Part shown: positions 37,696 to 49,740 of the stretch, piece by piece
How positions within the stretch are numbered: the first letter of the stretch is position 1
Layout: each line of letters opens with the position of its first letter
From: Chiloscyllium plagiosum
Taxonomy: Eukaryota
Direction of reading: 5' to 3'
NCBI RefSeq assembly: GCF_004010195.1
Contig: NC_057756.1
Coordinates: forward strand, 7,608,473-7,670,472
Length of the DNA: 62,000 bases
The notes under the pieces: generated by a model
Seen by the model: the letters and a program-made list of their open reading frames with translations, nothing else
What the model was told of the DNA's origin: nothing
Database searches by the model: none
Made by a program: the position numbers and the translations under genes

Positions 37696-38254
37696 CATGT
37701 TAGTGCAATGGAAGCAGTTCAGAGAAGGTGGACTAGACTGCAGTGAGGAAAGGACAGACAGGTTAGAATGATGTATCGTGGAGTCTAGAAGTGTCAGAGG
37801 CCTGATTGAACTAAAACGTATGGGATCCTGAGGGGATGTGACCAGGCGGGTGTGGAAAGGATGTTTCTCCTTGTGGGAGGATTAATCGTGGGGATCATCG
37901 TTTAAAATAAGGGGCGTCTATTTGAGATGAGAAACCATTTTCAGTCTCAGAGGGTCGTGGATCTTTGGAATTCCCTTCCTCTATCGGCAGTGGGCGCAGA
38001 AACTTCCAATATTTTGAAGGTGGATAGATAGACTATGGACAGTCAGTGGCAATGGAAAATGAACGGGGGGGGGGGAGGGGGGGGATGCAGGAAGGTAGGG
38101 TTGAGGTTAAAATCAGATCAGCCAGGAACGGTGGGAACAGGTTTGATGGGCTGAATGGCTTACTTTTACTCGTGTGTTCGAACGCCTTTCAAAGATCCAT
38201 CTTCCTTGATCAATTACTGGGAGTTCTGGGATTTACATATTAAAGAACTGGAAC

Positions 38255-38465
38255 TAGCATATCCCATTCTAAAAGATGACAGCCTTCATCTGAATTTGCT
38301 TAATATATCATTACAGCTCCATGACACTGTAACCCTTTTGCTATAAATGCTGTGCCTTATGATCTTCTACTCCACAATCCCCTGATGAAGGAGCAGCGCT
38401 CTGAAAGCTAGTGCTTCCAAATAAACCTGTTGGACTATAATCCTGGTGTTGTGTGAGTTTTAACT
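38255..38465 (+). mobile_element. Penelope-type 3' end with hammerhead-like core (38379-38413)
   Basis: CUGAUGA-A-GGAGC-AGC-GCUCU-GAAA-GCUA-GUG, followed by AATAAAcctgttggactataa. Confidence 0.6.
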
Positions 38466-38997
38466 CCATCACTTAGTCAAAGAACAGCAGCACATTATCC
38501 AGACAGCGCTTTGTCGAATGGAAATCCAAGCTTCATGGGACATGAGCCTGGACAGTAGGAGGCAATCCTTTCCTGAGAGTTAAACAAAAAATGCAAACAC
38601 ACACACACACGCACACGCACAAACAGAGGCATGCAGTTTTATCATTTGCCTTATTTGTCAATTAGATCTCCAGCAACTATCTGATTCCTCTTGAAGGACA
38701 AAAGAACAAAGGAGGTGGGGGGGTTTCGGGGTCTGAACTCATATGCACAAGGTGGAGGGTGGGGTGGGGTGGGGGGAAACTCTGGTGGTCCCGACCCTGA
38801 GACATGTCGAGGGGTAGCAGGGGATCAGGATGAGGGATGAGCATCGGGGAGGGGGCTGATTGGTGGGAAATTTAACACCCCAGGGTTCACCCACTGCCAT
38901 TGAGGGCAGAGAAAGAGGGAGGGGTGGGGTCTATCATCACTGGGTAGGGGACAAAGGTGAGATGCAGGAAAGGCCACGAAGTTCCCACGCTGGGCCA

Positions 38998-39093
38998 TCA
39001 GTAACTGTAGTTCTCAGTGTAGAGTGAGTAGTTAGCAGCGATATTGGTATCTCCTGATGGGGTATATTCGCCTTTAGACGCCAAGCCGTTAAT
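38998..39093 (-). CDS. aldob: Fructose-bisphosphate aldolase B-like, last coding exon (96 bp)
   Basis: CAG acceptor, then INGLASKGEYTPSGDTNIAANYSLYTENYSY-TGA. The C-terminal Tyr is retained, and the size matches the vertebrate aldolase last coding exon. Confidence 0.9.
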   Translation of the reverse strand: MNGLASKGEYTPSGDTNIAANYSLYTENYSY

Positions 39094-39271
39094 CTGCGCC
39101 AAGAGAGTGAGAGAAAATAACATCATCAAGCTCCAGTTAAGACATGTTCCTTTGCATTACATCAGATCCATTGGTTGTCAGAACAGGCAGGAAGGTGAGT
39201 ACCTTAAGGGACGGTCTCTACCTTGAAAGGGGTAACTCATTAGTTCAGGGTATGTCTGTGTCACTCGCTGT

Positions 39272-39635
39272 GTGGAAGGGTCAGTATTAAGGGAGTGTCA
39301 CACTGTCAGAGGGTCGGTGCAGAGGGAGTGCCACACTGTCGGAGGGTCAGTGCTGAGGGAGCGCTGCACTGTCAGAGGGTCGGTGCTGAGGGAGTGCCAT
39401 ACTGTCGGAGGGTCGGTGCTGAGGGAGTGCCACACTGACGGAGGGTCAGTGCTGAGGGAGCGCCGCACTGTCGGAGGGTCAGTGCTGAGGGAGTGCCACA
39501 CTGCCAGAAGGTCAGTAGTGAGGGAGTGCCACACTGTCAGAGGGTCAGGAGTGAGGGAGTGCAGCACTGTTGGAGGGTCAGGAGTGAGGGAGTGCTGGAC
39601 TGTCTGAGGGTCAGCGCCGAGGGAGTGCCGCACTG
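39272..39635. repeat. 33-bp minisatellite (actgtcggagggtcagtgctgagggagtgccac), about 11 copies, in the last aldolase intron
   Basis: Visible 33-bp period, which gives the 11-aa period in the ORF track. Confidence 0.9.
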
Positions 39636-39860
39636 ATCGTCCCCTTATTGAAATTGGTCGGTCTTTTCTTGGAATCTTGCTTTGCTGAAGAGTATCAAGC
39701 ACATTGTGATTCCTCCACAGCGCCTGGTTGATCGCCTGAGCGACGCCAAACACTCTCATCTATCCCTCTCTCCTCCTTGCTGCACCTCCCTTCCCAGCCC
39801 CTTCCACGTTCCTTCTCACCCAGCCCCCAACTCCCCCAGGCCCTGGCACCCTTCACCCAC

Positions 39861-40060
39861 CTTGGCTCTCTTGGCATAGGCCTCTTGCGCCAACTCTGCG
39901 TTGTCCTCTTTGCCAGACCAGGCGATGAGGGCCGAAGCCTGCAGGGCCCGGCCAAAGGAAAAGCTCAGTTTCCAGGATTTCCGCAGGGGGCACAGGTTAA
40001 TGGCATTGAGGTTAACAGAGGCCTCCTCCTCACTCTGACCTCCGGACAGGAAACAGATAC
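39861..40060 (-). CDS. aldob: Fructose-bisphosphate aldolase B-like, penultimate exon (200 bp)
   Basis: The minus strand reads (G)[66 protein letters not shown], bounded by AG and GT. The 200-bp size and phases match the vertebrate aldolase penultimate exon. GICFLS and WKLSFS are B-type. Confidence 0.92.
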
Positions 40061-40154
40061 CTGAGAGAGAGGGAGGTGGGAGAGGGAGGGAGGGAGAGGG
40101 AGAGAGAGAGATGGAGAGAGAGAGAGAGGAGAGAGGAGAGGGAGGGAGAGAGAG

Positions 40155-43100
40155 GGAGGGAGAGAGAGACGGAGGGAGAGAGAGACGGAGGGAGAGAGAG
40201 ACGGAGGGAGAGAGAGACGGAGGGAGAGAGAGACGGAGGGAGAGAGAGACGGAGGGAGAGAGAGACGGAGGGAGAGAGAGACGGAGGGAGAGAGAGACGG
40301 AGGGAGAGAGAGACGGAGGGAGAGAGAGACGGAGGGAGAGAGAGACGGAGGGAGAGAGAGACGGAGGGAGAGAGAGACGGAGGGAGAGAGAGACGGAGGG
40401 AGAGAGAGACGGAGGGAGAGAGAGACGGAGGGAGAGAGAGACGGAGGGAGAGAGAGACGGAGGGAGAGAGAGACGGAGGGAGAGAGAGACGGAGGGAGAG
40501 AGAGACGGAGGGAGAGAGAGACGGAGGGAGAGAGAGACGGAGGGAGAGAGAGACGGAGGGAGAGAGAGACGGAGGGAGAGAGAGACGGAGGGAGAGAGAG
40601 ACGGAGGGAGAGAGAGACGGAGGGAGAGAGAGACGGAGGGAGAGAGAGACGGAGGGAGAGAGAGACGGAGGGAGAGAGAGACGGAGGGAGAGAGAGACGG
40701 AGGGAGAGAGAGACGGAGGGAGAGAGAGACGGAGGGAGAGAGAGACGGAGGGAGAGAGAGACGGAGGGAGAGAGAGACGGAGGGAGAGAGAGACGGAGGG
40801 AGAGAGAGACGGAGGGAGAGAGAGACGGAGGGAGAGAGAGACGGAGGGAGAGAGAGACGGAGGGAGAGAGAGACGGAGGGAGAGAGAGACGGAGGGAGAG
40901 AGAGACGGAGGGAGAGAGAGACGGAGGGAGAGAGAGACGGAGGGAGAGAGAGACGGAGGGAGAGAGAGACGGAGGGAGAGAGAGACGGAGGGAGAGAGAG
41001 ACGGAGGGAGAGAGAGACGGAGGGAGAGAGAGACGGAGGGAGAGAGAGACGGAGGGAGAGAGAGACGGAGGGAGAGAGAGACGGAGGGAGAGAGAGACGG
41101 AGGGAGAGAGAGACGGAGGGAGAGAGAGACGGAGGGAGAGAGAGACGGAGGGAGAGAGAGACGGAGGGAGAGAGAGACGGAGGGAGAGAGAGACGGAGGG
41201 AGAGAGAGACGGAGGGAGAGAGAGACGGAGGGAGAGAGAGACGGAGGGAGAGAGAGACGGAGGGAGAGAGAGACGGAGGGAGAGAGAGACGGAGGGAGAG
41301 AGAGACGGAGGGAGAGAGAGACGGAGGGAGAGAGAGACGGAGGGAGAGAGAGACGGAGGGAGAGAGAGACGGAGGGAGAGAGAGACGGAGGGAGAGAGAG
41401 ACGGAGGGAGAGAGAGACGGAGGGAGAGAGAGACGGAGGGAGAGAGAGACGGAGGGAGAGAGAGACGGAGGGAGAGAGAGACGGAGGGAGAGAGAGACGG
41501 AGGGAGAGAGAGACGGAGGGAGAGAGAGACGGAGGGAGAGAGAGACGGAGGGAGAGAGAGACGGAGGGAGAGAGAGACGGAGGGAGAGAGAGACGGAGGG
41601 AGAGAGAGACGGAGGGAGAGAGAGACGGAGGGAGAGAGAGACGGAGGGAGAGAGAGACGGAGGGAGAGAGAGACGGAGGGAGAGAGAGACGGAGGGAGAG
41701 AGAGACGGAGGGAGAGAGAGACGGAGGGAGAGAGAGACGGAGGGAGAGAGAGACGGAGGGAGAGAGAGACGGAGGGAGAGAGAGACGGAGGGAGAGAGAG
41801 ACGGAGGGAGAGAGAGACGGAGGGAGAGAGAGACGGAGGGAGAGAGAGACGGAGGGAGAGAGAGACGGAGGGAGAGAGAGACGGAGGGAGAGAGAGACGG
41901 AGGGAGAGAGAGACGGAGGGAGAGAGAGACGGAGGGAGAGAGAGACGGAGGGAGAGAGAGACGGAGGGAGAGAGAGACGGAGGGAGAGAGAGACGGAGGG
42001 AGAGAGAGACGGAGGGAGAGAGAGACGGAGGGAGAGAGAGACGGAGGGAGAGAGAGACGGAGGGAGAGAGAGACGGAGGGAGAGAGAGACGGAGGGAGAG
42101 AGAGACGGAGGGAGAGAGAGACGGAGGGAGAGAGAGACGGAGGGAGAGAGAGACGGAGGGAGAGAGAGACGGAGGGAGAGAGAGACGGAGGGAGAGAGAG
42201 ACGGAGGGAGAGAGAGACGGAGGGAGAGAGAGACGGAGGGAGAGAGAGACGGAGGGAGAGAGAGACGGAGGGAGAGAGAGACGGAGGGAGAGAGAGACGG
42301 AGGGAGAGAGAGACGGAGGGAGAGAGAGACGGAGGGAGAGAGAGACGGAGGGAGAGAGAGACGGAGGGAGAGAGAGACGGAGGGAGAGAGAGACGGAGGG
42401 AGAGAGAGACGGAGGGAGAGAGAGACGGAGGGAGAGAGAGACGGAGGGAGAGAGAGACGGAGGGAGAGAGAGACGGAGGGAGAGAGAGACGGAGGGAGAG
42501 AGAGACGGAGGGAGAGAGAGACGGAGGGAGAGAGAGACGGAGGGAGAGAGAGACGGAGGGAGAGAGAGACGGAGGGAGAGAGAGACGGAGGGAGAGAGAG
42601 ACGGAGGGAGAGAGAGACGGAGGGAGAGAGAGACGGAGGGAGAGAGAGACGGAGGGAGAGAGAGACGGAGGGAGAGAGAGACGGAGGGAGAGAGAGACGG
42701 AGGGAGAGAGAGACGGAGGGAGAGAGAGACGGAGGGAGAGAGAGACGGAGGGAGAGAGAGACGGAGGGAGAGAGAGACGGAGGGAGAGAGAGACGGAGGG
42801 AGAGAGAGACGGAGGGAGAGAGAGACGGAGGGAGAGAGAGACGGAGGGAGAGAGAGACGGAGGGAGAGAGAGACGGAGGGAGAGAGAGACGGAGGGAGAG
42901 AGAGACGGAGGGAGAGAGAGACGGAGGGAGAGAGAGACGGAGGGAGAGAGAGACGGAGGGAGAGAGAGACGGAGGGAGAGAGAGACGGAGGGAGAGAGAG
43001 ACGGAGGGAGAGAGAGACGGAGGGAGAGAGAGACGGAGGGAGAGAGAGACGGAGGGAGAGAGAGACGGAGGGAGAGAGAGACGGAGGGAGAGAGAGACGG

Positions 43101-44303
43101 AGGGAGAGAGAGACGGAGGGAGAGAGAGACGGAGGGAGAGAGAGACGGAGGGAGAGAGAGACGGAGGGAGAGAGAGACGGAGGGAGAGAGAGACGGAGGG
43201 AGAGAGAGACGGAGGGAGAGAGAGACGGAGGGAGAGAGAGACGGAGGGAGAGAGAGACGGAGGGAGAGAGAGACGGAGGGAGAGAGAGACGGAGGGAGAG
43301 AGAGACGGAGGGAGAGAGAGACGGAGGGAGAGAGAGACGGAGGGAGAGAGAGACGGAGGGAGAGAGAGACGGAGGGAGAGAGAGACGGAGGGAGAGAGAG
43401 ACGGAGGGAGAGAGAGACGGAGGGAGAGAGAGACGGAGGGAGAGAGAGACGGAGGGAGAGAGAGACGGAGGGAGAGAGAGACGGAGGGAGAGAGAGACGG
43501 AGGGAGAGAGAGACGGAGGGAGAGAGAGACGGAGGGAGAGAGAGACGGAGGGAGAGAGAGACGGAGGGAGAGAGAGACGGAGGGAGAGAGAGACGGAGGG
43601 AGAGAGAGACGGAGGGAGAGAGAGACGGAGGGAGAGAGAGACGGAGGGAGAGAGAGACGGAGGGAGAGAGAGACGGAGGGAGAGAGAGACGGAGGGAGAG
43701 AGAGACGGAGGGAGAGAGAGACGGAGGGAGAGAGAGACGGAGGGAGAGAGAGACGGAGGGAGAGAGAGACGGAGGGAGAGAGAGACGGAGGGAGAGAGAG
43801 ACGGAGGGAGAGAGAGACGGAGGGAGAGAGAGACGGAGGGAGAGAGAGACGGAGGGAGAGAGAGACGGAGGGAGAGAGAGACGGAGGGAGAGAGAGACGG
43901 AGGGAGAGAGAGACGGAGGGAGAGAGAGACGGAGGGAGAGAGAGACGGAGGGAGAGAGAGACGGAGGGAGAGAGAGACGGAGGGAGAGAGAGACGGAGGG
44001 AGAGAGAGACGGAGGGAGAGAGAGACGGAGGGAGAGAGAGACGGAGGGAGAGAGAGACGGAGGGAGAGAGAGACGGAGGGAGAGAGAGACGGAGGGAGAG
44101 AGAGACGGAGGGAGAGAGAGACGGAGGGAGAGAGAGACGGAGGGAGAGAGAGACGGAGGGAGAGAGAGACGGAGGGAGAGAGAGACGGAGGGAGAGAGAG
44201 ACGGAGGGAGAGAGAGACGGAGGGAGAGAGAGACGGAGGGAGAGAGAGACGGAGGGAGAGAGAGACGGAGGGAGAGAGAGACGGAGGGAGAGAGAGACGG
44301 AGG
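40155..44303. repeat. Apparently perfect 16-bp tandem array (AGAGAGAGACGGAGGG)n, about 259 units
   Basis: Exact 16-bp periodicity over ~4.15 kb with no variant seen by eye; a degenerate GA-rich lead-in at 40063-40154. Confidence 0.97.
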
Positions 44304-44329
44304 AGTGGATAAAACATTTGGGAGACTAA

Positions 44330-45470
44330 TCCATGCCGACCGGATATCCTAAATTAATCTAGTCCCATTTGCCAGCACCCGGCCCATATCCCTCCAAACC
44401 CTTCCTATTCATATACCCATCCAGATGCCTCTTAAATGTTACAATTGTACCAGCCTCCACCACTTCCTCTGGCAGCTCATTCCATACACGTACCACCCTC
44501 TGGGTGAAAACGTCGCCCCTTAGGTCCCTTTTAAATCTTTCCCCTCTCACCTTAAACCTATGCCCCTCTAGTTCGAGATATAGAGTGTCAGTATCCCTGA
44601 CACTCAACCTTTTTATATCTGCCAGGGCCCCCTAAGGCTGTAAGAGACAGGAGCAGAAATTAGGCCATTCAGACCATCTAGTCTACTCCAGCATTCGATC
44701 ATGGCTGATAAGTTTCTCCCGATATTCTGCCCCTTTCTCCCCATAAGCCTGGATGTCCTTGATACTCAAGAAACTACGTCTCTCTAGATTAAACATACTG
44801 AACGACCTGGCCTCCACAGCCTTCAGTGGGAGTGAATTCCATAGATTCACCACTCTGGCTGAAGAAGTTTCTCCTTATCTCCGTTCGAAAAGGTCTTCCC
44901 TTCACGCTAAGGCTGTGCCCTTGGGTTCTAGTCTGGGGTCCTCTCAATGGGACCAACTTCCCAACATCCACTCTGTCCAGGCCATTCGGTATCCTGTACG
45001 TTTCAATTAGATCTCCCCCTCATCCTTCTAGACACCATCGAGTATAGACCCAGAGTCTGCAAATGTTCCTTATATGTGAAGCTTTTCCTTCCTGGTACCA
45101 TTCTCGTGAACCTCCTCTGAACACGCTCCGGGGCCAGTACATCCTTCCTGAGATGTGGAGCCCAAAACTGGGCGCAATACTCCAAATGTGGCCTGACCAG
45201 AAATTGGACCAGATTAATCGCCCCAACCAGGCAACTCCTATGCTATGAGGTGCAGGTCATCGACCTCATTACTAACACTAGATCATTAAGCCAGAGAACT
45301 GGTAGAGGCTGGCACAATTACAACATCTAAAAGGCATCTGGATGGGTATATGAATAAGAAGGGTTTAGAGGGTTACGGCCAAGTGCTGGCAAACGGGACT
45401 GGATTAATTTCGGGTATGGATGAGTTAGACCGAGTCTTGTGTCTGTGGCTGTACAACGCTGTGACCTGAC
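44330..45470. mobile_element. Cluster of CR1 3' fragments (44330-44575 minus, 44640-45200 minus, 45295-45470 plus)
   Basis: GHRFKVRGERFKRDLRG...WNELPEEVV; EYCAQFWAPHLRKDVLA. Confidence 0.85.
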
Positions 45471-45962
45471 TCTGTATCAGGCAGTACTATAGCCGAAGAC
45501 TGTTCATGTCAATGAAGGTGACAAGATAACAGCCTCTGAGGAGTTACTGCAGTGATGCTACTCCCATTGTCCCAGTACCAGCTCGAAAGAATCCCACTTC
45601 CCCTTCTCTGCTCTTAACCACCACAACCCTGAATATTTTACCCCCTCCCTGCTTTCAACCTTGACCTAACTTGATCGCTCCTGTTGCATTCGCCTCTCCT
45701 GCCTCTCCCCAGACCGTAACAAATCACCGCACCAAAAGAAACCAAACACAACACTTTTGCCCTTCATCTCTTTCACCCTCTGGTTGTCTCAGTCTGATTC
45801 CCTGCAAAAGCTGTTTGGAGTTCCTTCTGGGAGCTGTTTGTCACATTTCAGGGTGGATTTTAAGTCTGTTTGAGAGCACCGAACTGTTACACCGTAGGAC
45901 AAATCCCGCACTAGATCTCGGCTGTCAATGTGACAGAGGTGTCTTGTCGGTTGGTTGGCAGT

Positions 45963-46462
45963 NNNNNNNNNNNNNNNNNNNNNNNNNNNNNNNNNNNNNN
46001 NNNNNNNNNNNNNNNNNNNNNNNNNNNNNNNNNNNNNNNNNNNNNNNNNNNNNNNNNNNNNNNNNNNNNNNNNNNNNNNNNNNNNNNNNNNNNNNNNNNN
46101 NNNNNNNNNNNNNNNNNNNNNNNNNNNNNNNNNNNNNNNNNNNNNNNNNNNNNNNNNNNNNNNNNNNNNNNNNNNNNNNNNNNNNNNNNNNNNNNNNNNN
46201 NNNNNNNNNNNNNNNNNNNNNNNNNNNNNNNNNNNNNNNNNNNNNNNNNNNNNNNNNNNNNNNNNNNNNNNNNNNNNNNNNNNNNNNNNNNNNNNNNNNN
46301 NNNNNNNNNNNNNNNNNNNNNNNNNNNNNNNNNNNNNNNNNNNNNNNNNNNNNNNNNNNNNNNNNNNNNNNNNNNNNNNNNNNNNNNNNNNNNNNNNNNN
46401 NNNNNNNNNNNNNNNNNNNNNNNNNNNNNNNNNNNNNNNNNNNNNNNNNNNNNNNNNNNNNN
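45963..46462. other. Assembly gap (500 N)
   Basis: Run of exactly 500 N, probably a placeholder size. Confidence 0.98.
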
Positions 46463-47769
46463 ATTAACACGATGTCAGAAAATTGCCTAAACATAAATTT
46501 GTTTGTCCACTTTTGACAAAAATGTAACATGGCTTAATCAGCATTAATCCAGAGACCAGGTTTGGAAATTGAAGGGGAAGATTACCGACTACCAAACTGA
46601 GAAAGGCAAAACAATGAGATCTCGTCAAGCACAGCCTTCAGAGAGGAGATCGGCTGGCACCTGGGAAGATAGGGAGTGGTGAGAACAGGGGCACAGGCAC
46701 TTTGTTTTTGGAATGAGCACAATACAGCGTTTTTGTCTCTGCCAACCCATCTTGGAATTTAAGTAATTGTGTACAGTTTACATGATATGCAATTTCTAAA
46801 TGTCTGACACATCCTTATGCAGATAACAGTGTTACCTCAGAATTTTTTCTCAGGTGGATTGTCCAAATTCGGCTCGATAAATGGTTGCCAGCCTGGACTT
46901 TAAGGCTCTTGAGACTATTTTGTAAAATCATTCACCCCAACAGTTCTGCGTCCACTTAGGACAGTGAGCTGGAAGCTACAGTGATACATGTATCCCCTGT
47001 CTAATATGGGTCTTAATTGAGCGAAAATTATCGTACATTTGCCTCAACAGATTAATGTGGCGATGATATTATGGCTTCAAGAGCTGTATTACCCTTGTGT
47101 TTTTTTTTATGAATAAAGGTTGTAGAAGTACTAAACAGTCTGATCAAGGCCAATAAAGGAAAGACTTTGTGGTGCCTTGGGGTGTTTTTTTTAGTTGGAA
47201 CAATACAAAGAGTCCTGGCTCAGGGTTTGTAGTTTTCATTTTCAGTAGCAGTTGCTGGGATCTTATTCTCTCTCTGTTACAGTGAAAAGCTGGGATTCTC
47301 TTCCCACAGTTGGAATTGCATGTGAGAAAATCCATTTTGCTGAATTTGCCTTTGGCAAGCATATGTTTATGGAATATTATGATATTGAAATAGTTAATTA
47401 GTAGTAGTTAACATATACATCATTTTGTTAGGCATTTCTACAGGGTTTCAATTAATCTAATTCTTTTTCTCTTTTTATATTGTTTATATTTTAACTATAG
47501 TGTAAAAATAACGTGTGGTTTACTTAATGTCGAGTAGTTTGACCGATCGAATTTCATCTGGAATGCAAAGCCTTATATTTACCTGTAAAATAAGAAATGT
47601 TAGGGCTAGATTATTCTCTTAATATATTTTCAGGTGGCTTAATCTGGTCCATAACAATGTTGAAATTGCTCTACATTTGCTCCAGCCACTTGTGTAGACA
47701 ATTTTCTAAATTTATTTGTGCAGGATTAAAAGAATAATAAATGGAATTCTCTATTTTGCATTATTTTAG

Positions 47770-48057
47770 ATAAACCCAGACTTGTATCAGGTCTGAACTG
47801 CACAAGAGAGAAAAGAAGGTTGTTTTGTATCTGCAGAGTCAGAGCCAATCCCCCAGCAAGCATCAGATGGAATGTCAGTGGCAGAAACATCACAAGGAAC
47901 ACTTCAGATTTTACAGTTCATTCCTGGACGATGAGCAATGGGTTACGTCAGAGCTCGTTGACATTGATTCACCCAACAGGATCGGAAACACTGATATCAT
48001 GCATCAGAGGGAACAAGCTGGGCATTAGTGTCAGCAGCTATGAACTCAACTAAACAG
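47770..48057 (+). CDS. Ig C2-type domain exon, MAG/Siglec-like, copy A (in-frame TAA just before the donor)
   Basis: TAG acceptor, phase 1. Reads KPRLVSGLNCTREKRRLFCICRVRANPPASIRWNVSG...SSLTLIHPTGSETLISCIRGNKLGISVSSYELN*T, then G|GT. It is 288 bp like copy D. Confidence 0.7.
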
Positions 48058-48569
48058 GTGCTCTCAAAATGTTTTACATTTTAATTACTACAAACATTTA
48101 ATCACATCACTAACGCAACATCTGTGGAGAGAAAGCAGACTGAAGTTTCTTGTTCAGTGACCTTTCTTCATTTGTCCAGCCGTTGATTTTGCACATTTCA
48201 GATAAAATTACAAAAAGAGCTTGAGTACCAATTTTATGAGGGTCACCAACAATTAAACTGTATGACAGAAAGTGTTATTTGGCTGCCAGATGGAGGTGAT
48301 TAGTCGTGATGTTGTCTTATAAAATGTACCAGTTTGTGTTGGCTGATAGTTAATTGACAGGATTTGTTGAAAATATAAAATGTATTCTGATTGGTCAAAG
48401 CACTTAACTGAAAAAAACAAACCATTTTTTCATCTTTTTGATTGAGTACTGTGTGCAGGTGTTGACATAAAAATCAGCATTTTGACTTCTGCAAATCAAA
48501 ATGGTTTCTCTATGCATTCGCCATTTTAAACTGAAAGCTATAATGTAAGATGCAGAATCTCAAGACGTC

Positions 48570-49740
48570 AGGTCATAGAGGGTTCTACAGCACAGAAACA
48601 AGCCCTTTGGCCCAAACCGGTCCATGCCAACCAAGATTTCCATCGTCATTTGCCGCATTTCCCTGCACTTGGGTCGTATCCTTCAAAACCGTTAGTATCT
48701 ATGTATTCGTCTAAATGCATTTTAAATGGTGTTTATGTATCCACCTGAACCAATTCCGCTTGCTGCTTGTTCCATATGCATGCCACTCTCTGTGTAAAAA
48801 AGTTACCATTTGATTCTTTCCCCGATAACCTTAAACTGATGCCCTCAGTCTGGAAAAACAACTGAGTGCAGTCACCCTATTCATGTCTGTCATTATCATA
48901 CACACTTCTGTAAGCTCCCTCCCCTGTCCCCTACGGTCGAAAGGAAAAAAAGTCCTAGCTTGTTCAACCTCTCCTGATAACTCAGACCCTTGAGTTCTGG
49001 CAACATGCTTGGAAATTGTCAGTTTAATAAAATCCTGCCTGTCAAAAGGTAACCAAAACTGAACACAATAGTCGAAGTGTGGCCTCACCAATGCCTTGTA
49101 TGACTGCAATGTCACTTCTCAATTTCTATACTCAAAGTCCTGACTGATGAAGGCCAGTGTACCAAAATCCTTCTTCACCGCCCTCTCTACCTGTGATTCC
49201 ACTTTTAGGGAACCATGCACCTGACCTCCAAAGTCCCTCTGTTCCACTACACCCCTTAAGGCCCTACCATTCACCATGAAACTTCTGCCTTTGTTTGACT
49301 TTACAAATTGCAAGGCCTCATACTCATGTGTATGAAGCTCCATTTGTCATTTCTTGGCCCACTTCCCCATCTAATGAAGGTCCTGCTGCAATTTCTGATA
49401 AACTTCCTCACTGTCCACAACACCATCTATTTTAGTGCCATCTGCAAGCTTACTAATCATTTCTTGTACATTCTCATCCAAATCATTGACATAAATATCA
49501 AAGAGCAATAAGCCCACTATGTTTTTTTTACACAGAAGGTGGTATGCATTGGAATGAGGCAGGTACATTAACAACATTTAAAAGGCGTTTGGACAAAGAC
49601 ATGGATAGCAAATGTTTAGAAGGATAAGGGCCAAGTGTAGAGAAATGGGATTAGTGTGGTTGGATATTTTGTTTGGTAAGGGCTATTTTAGGTGAAAGGG
49701 CCTGTCTCCATTGTGTAAGACTCTATGACTCTGTGACTGC
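48570..49740. mobile_element. CR1 RT-to-3' fragment (minus, to ~49500) followed by a plus-strand CR1 3' end
   Basis: DIYVNDLDE...SKLADGTK; YKALVRPHFDYCVQFW. Confidence 0.8.

Noticed and set aside
39272..39759. Periodic Cys/His-containing ORFs (RECHTVGGSVL)
   Set aside because: Translation of an intronic 33-bp minisatellite.
39965..44352. Three ~1400-aa ORFs (ER-rich and LS-rich)
   Set aside because: Artefacts of a stop-free 16-bp repeat that is open on both strands. The real aldolase frame differs from the listed minus ORF.
45671..46530. ORFs spanning the N run
   Set aside because: Open only because of the assembly gap.
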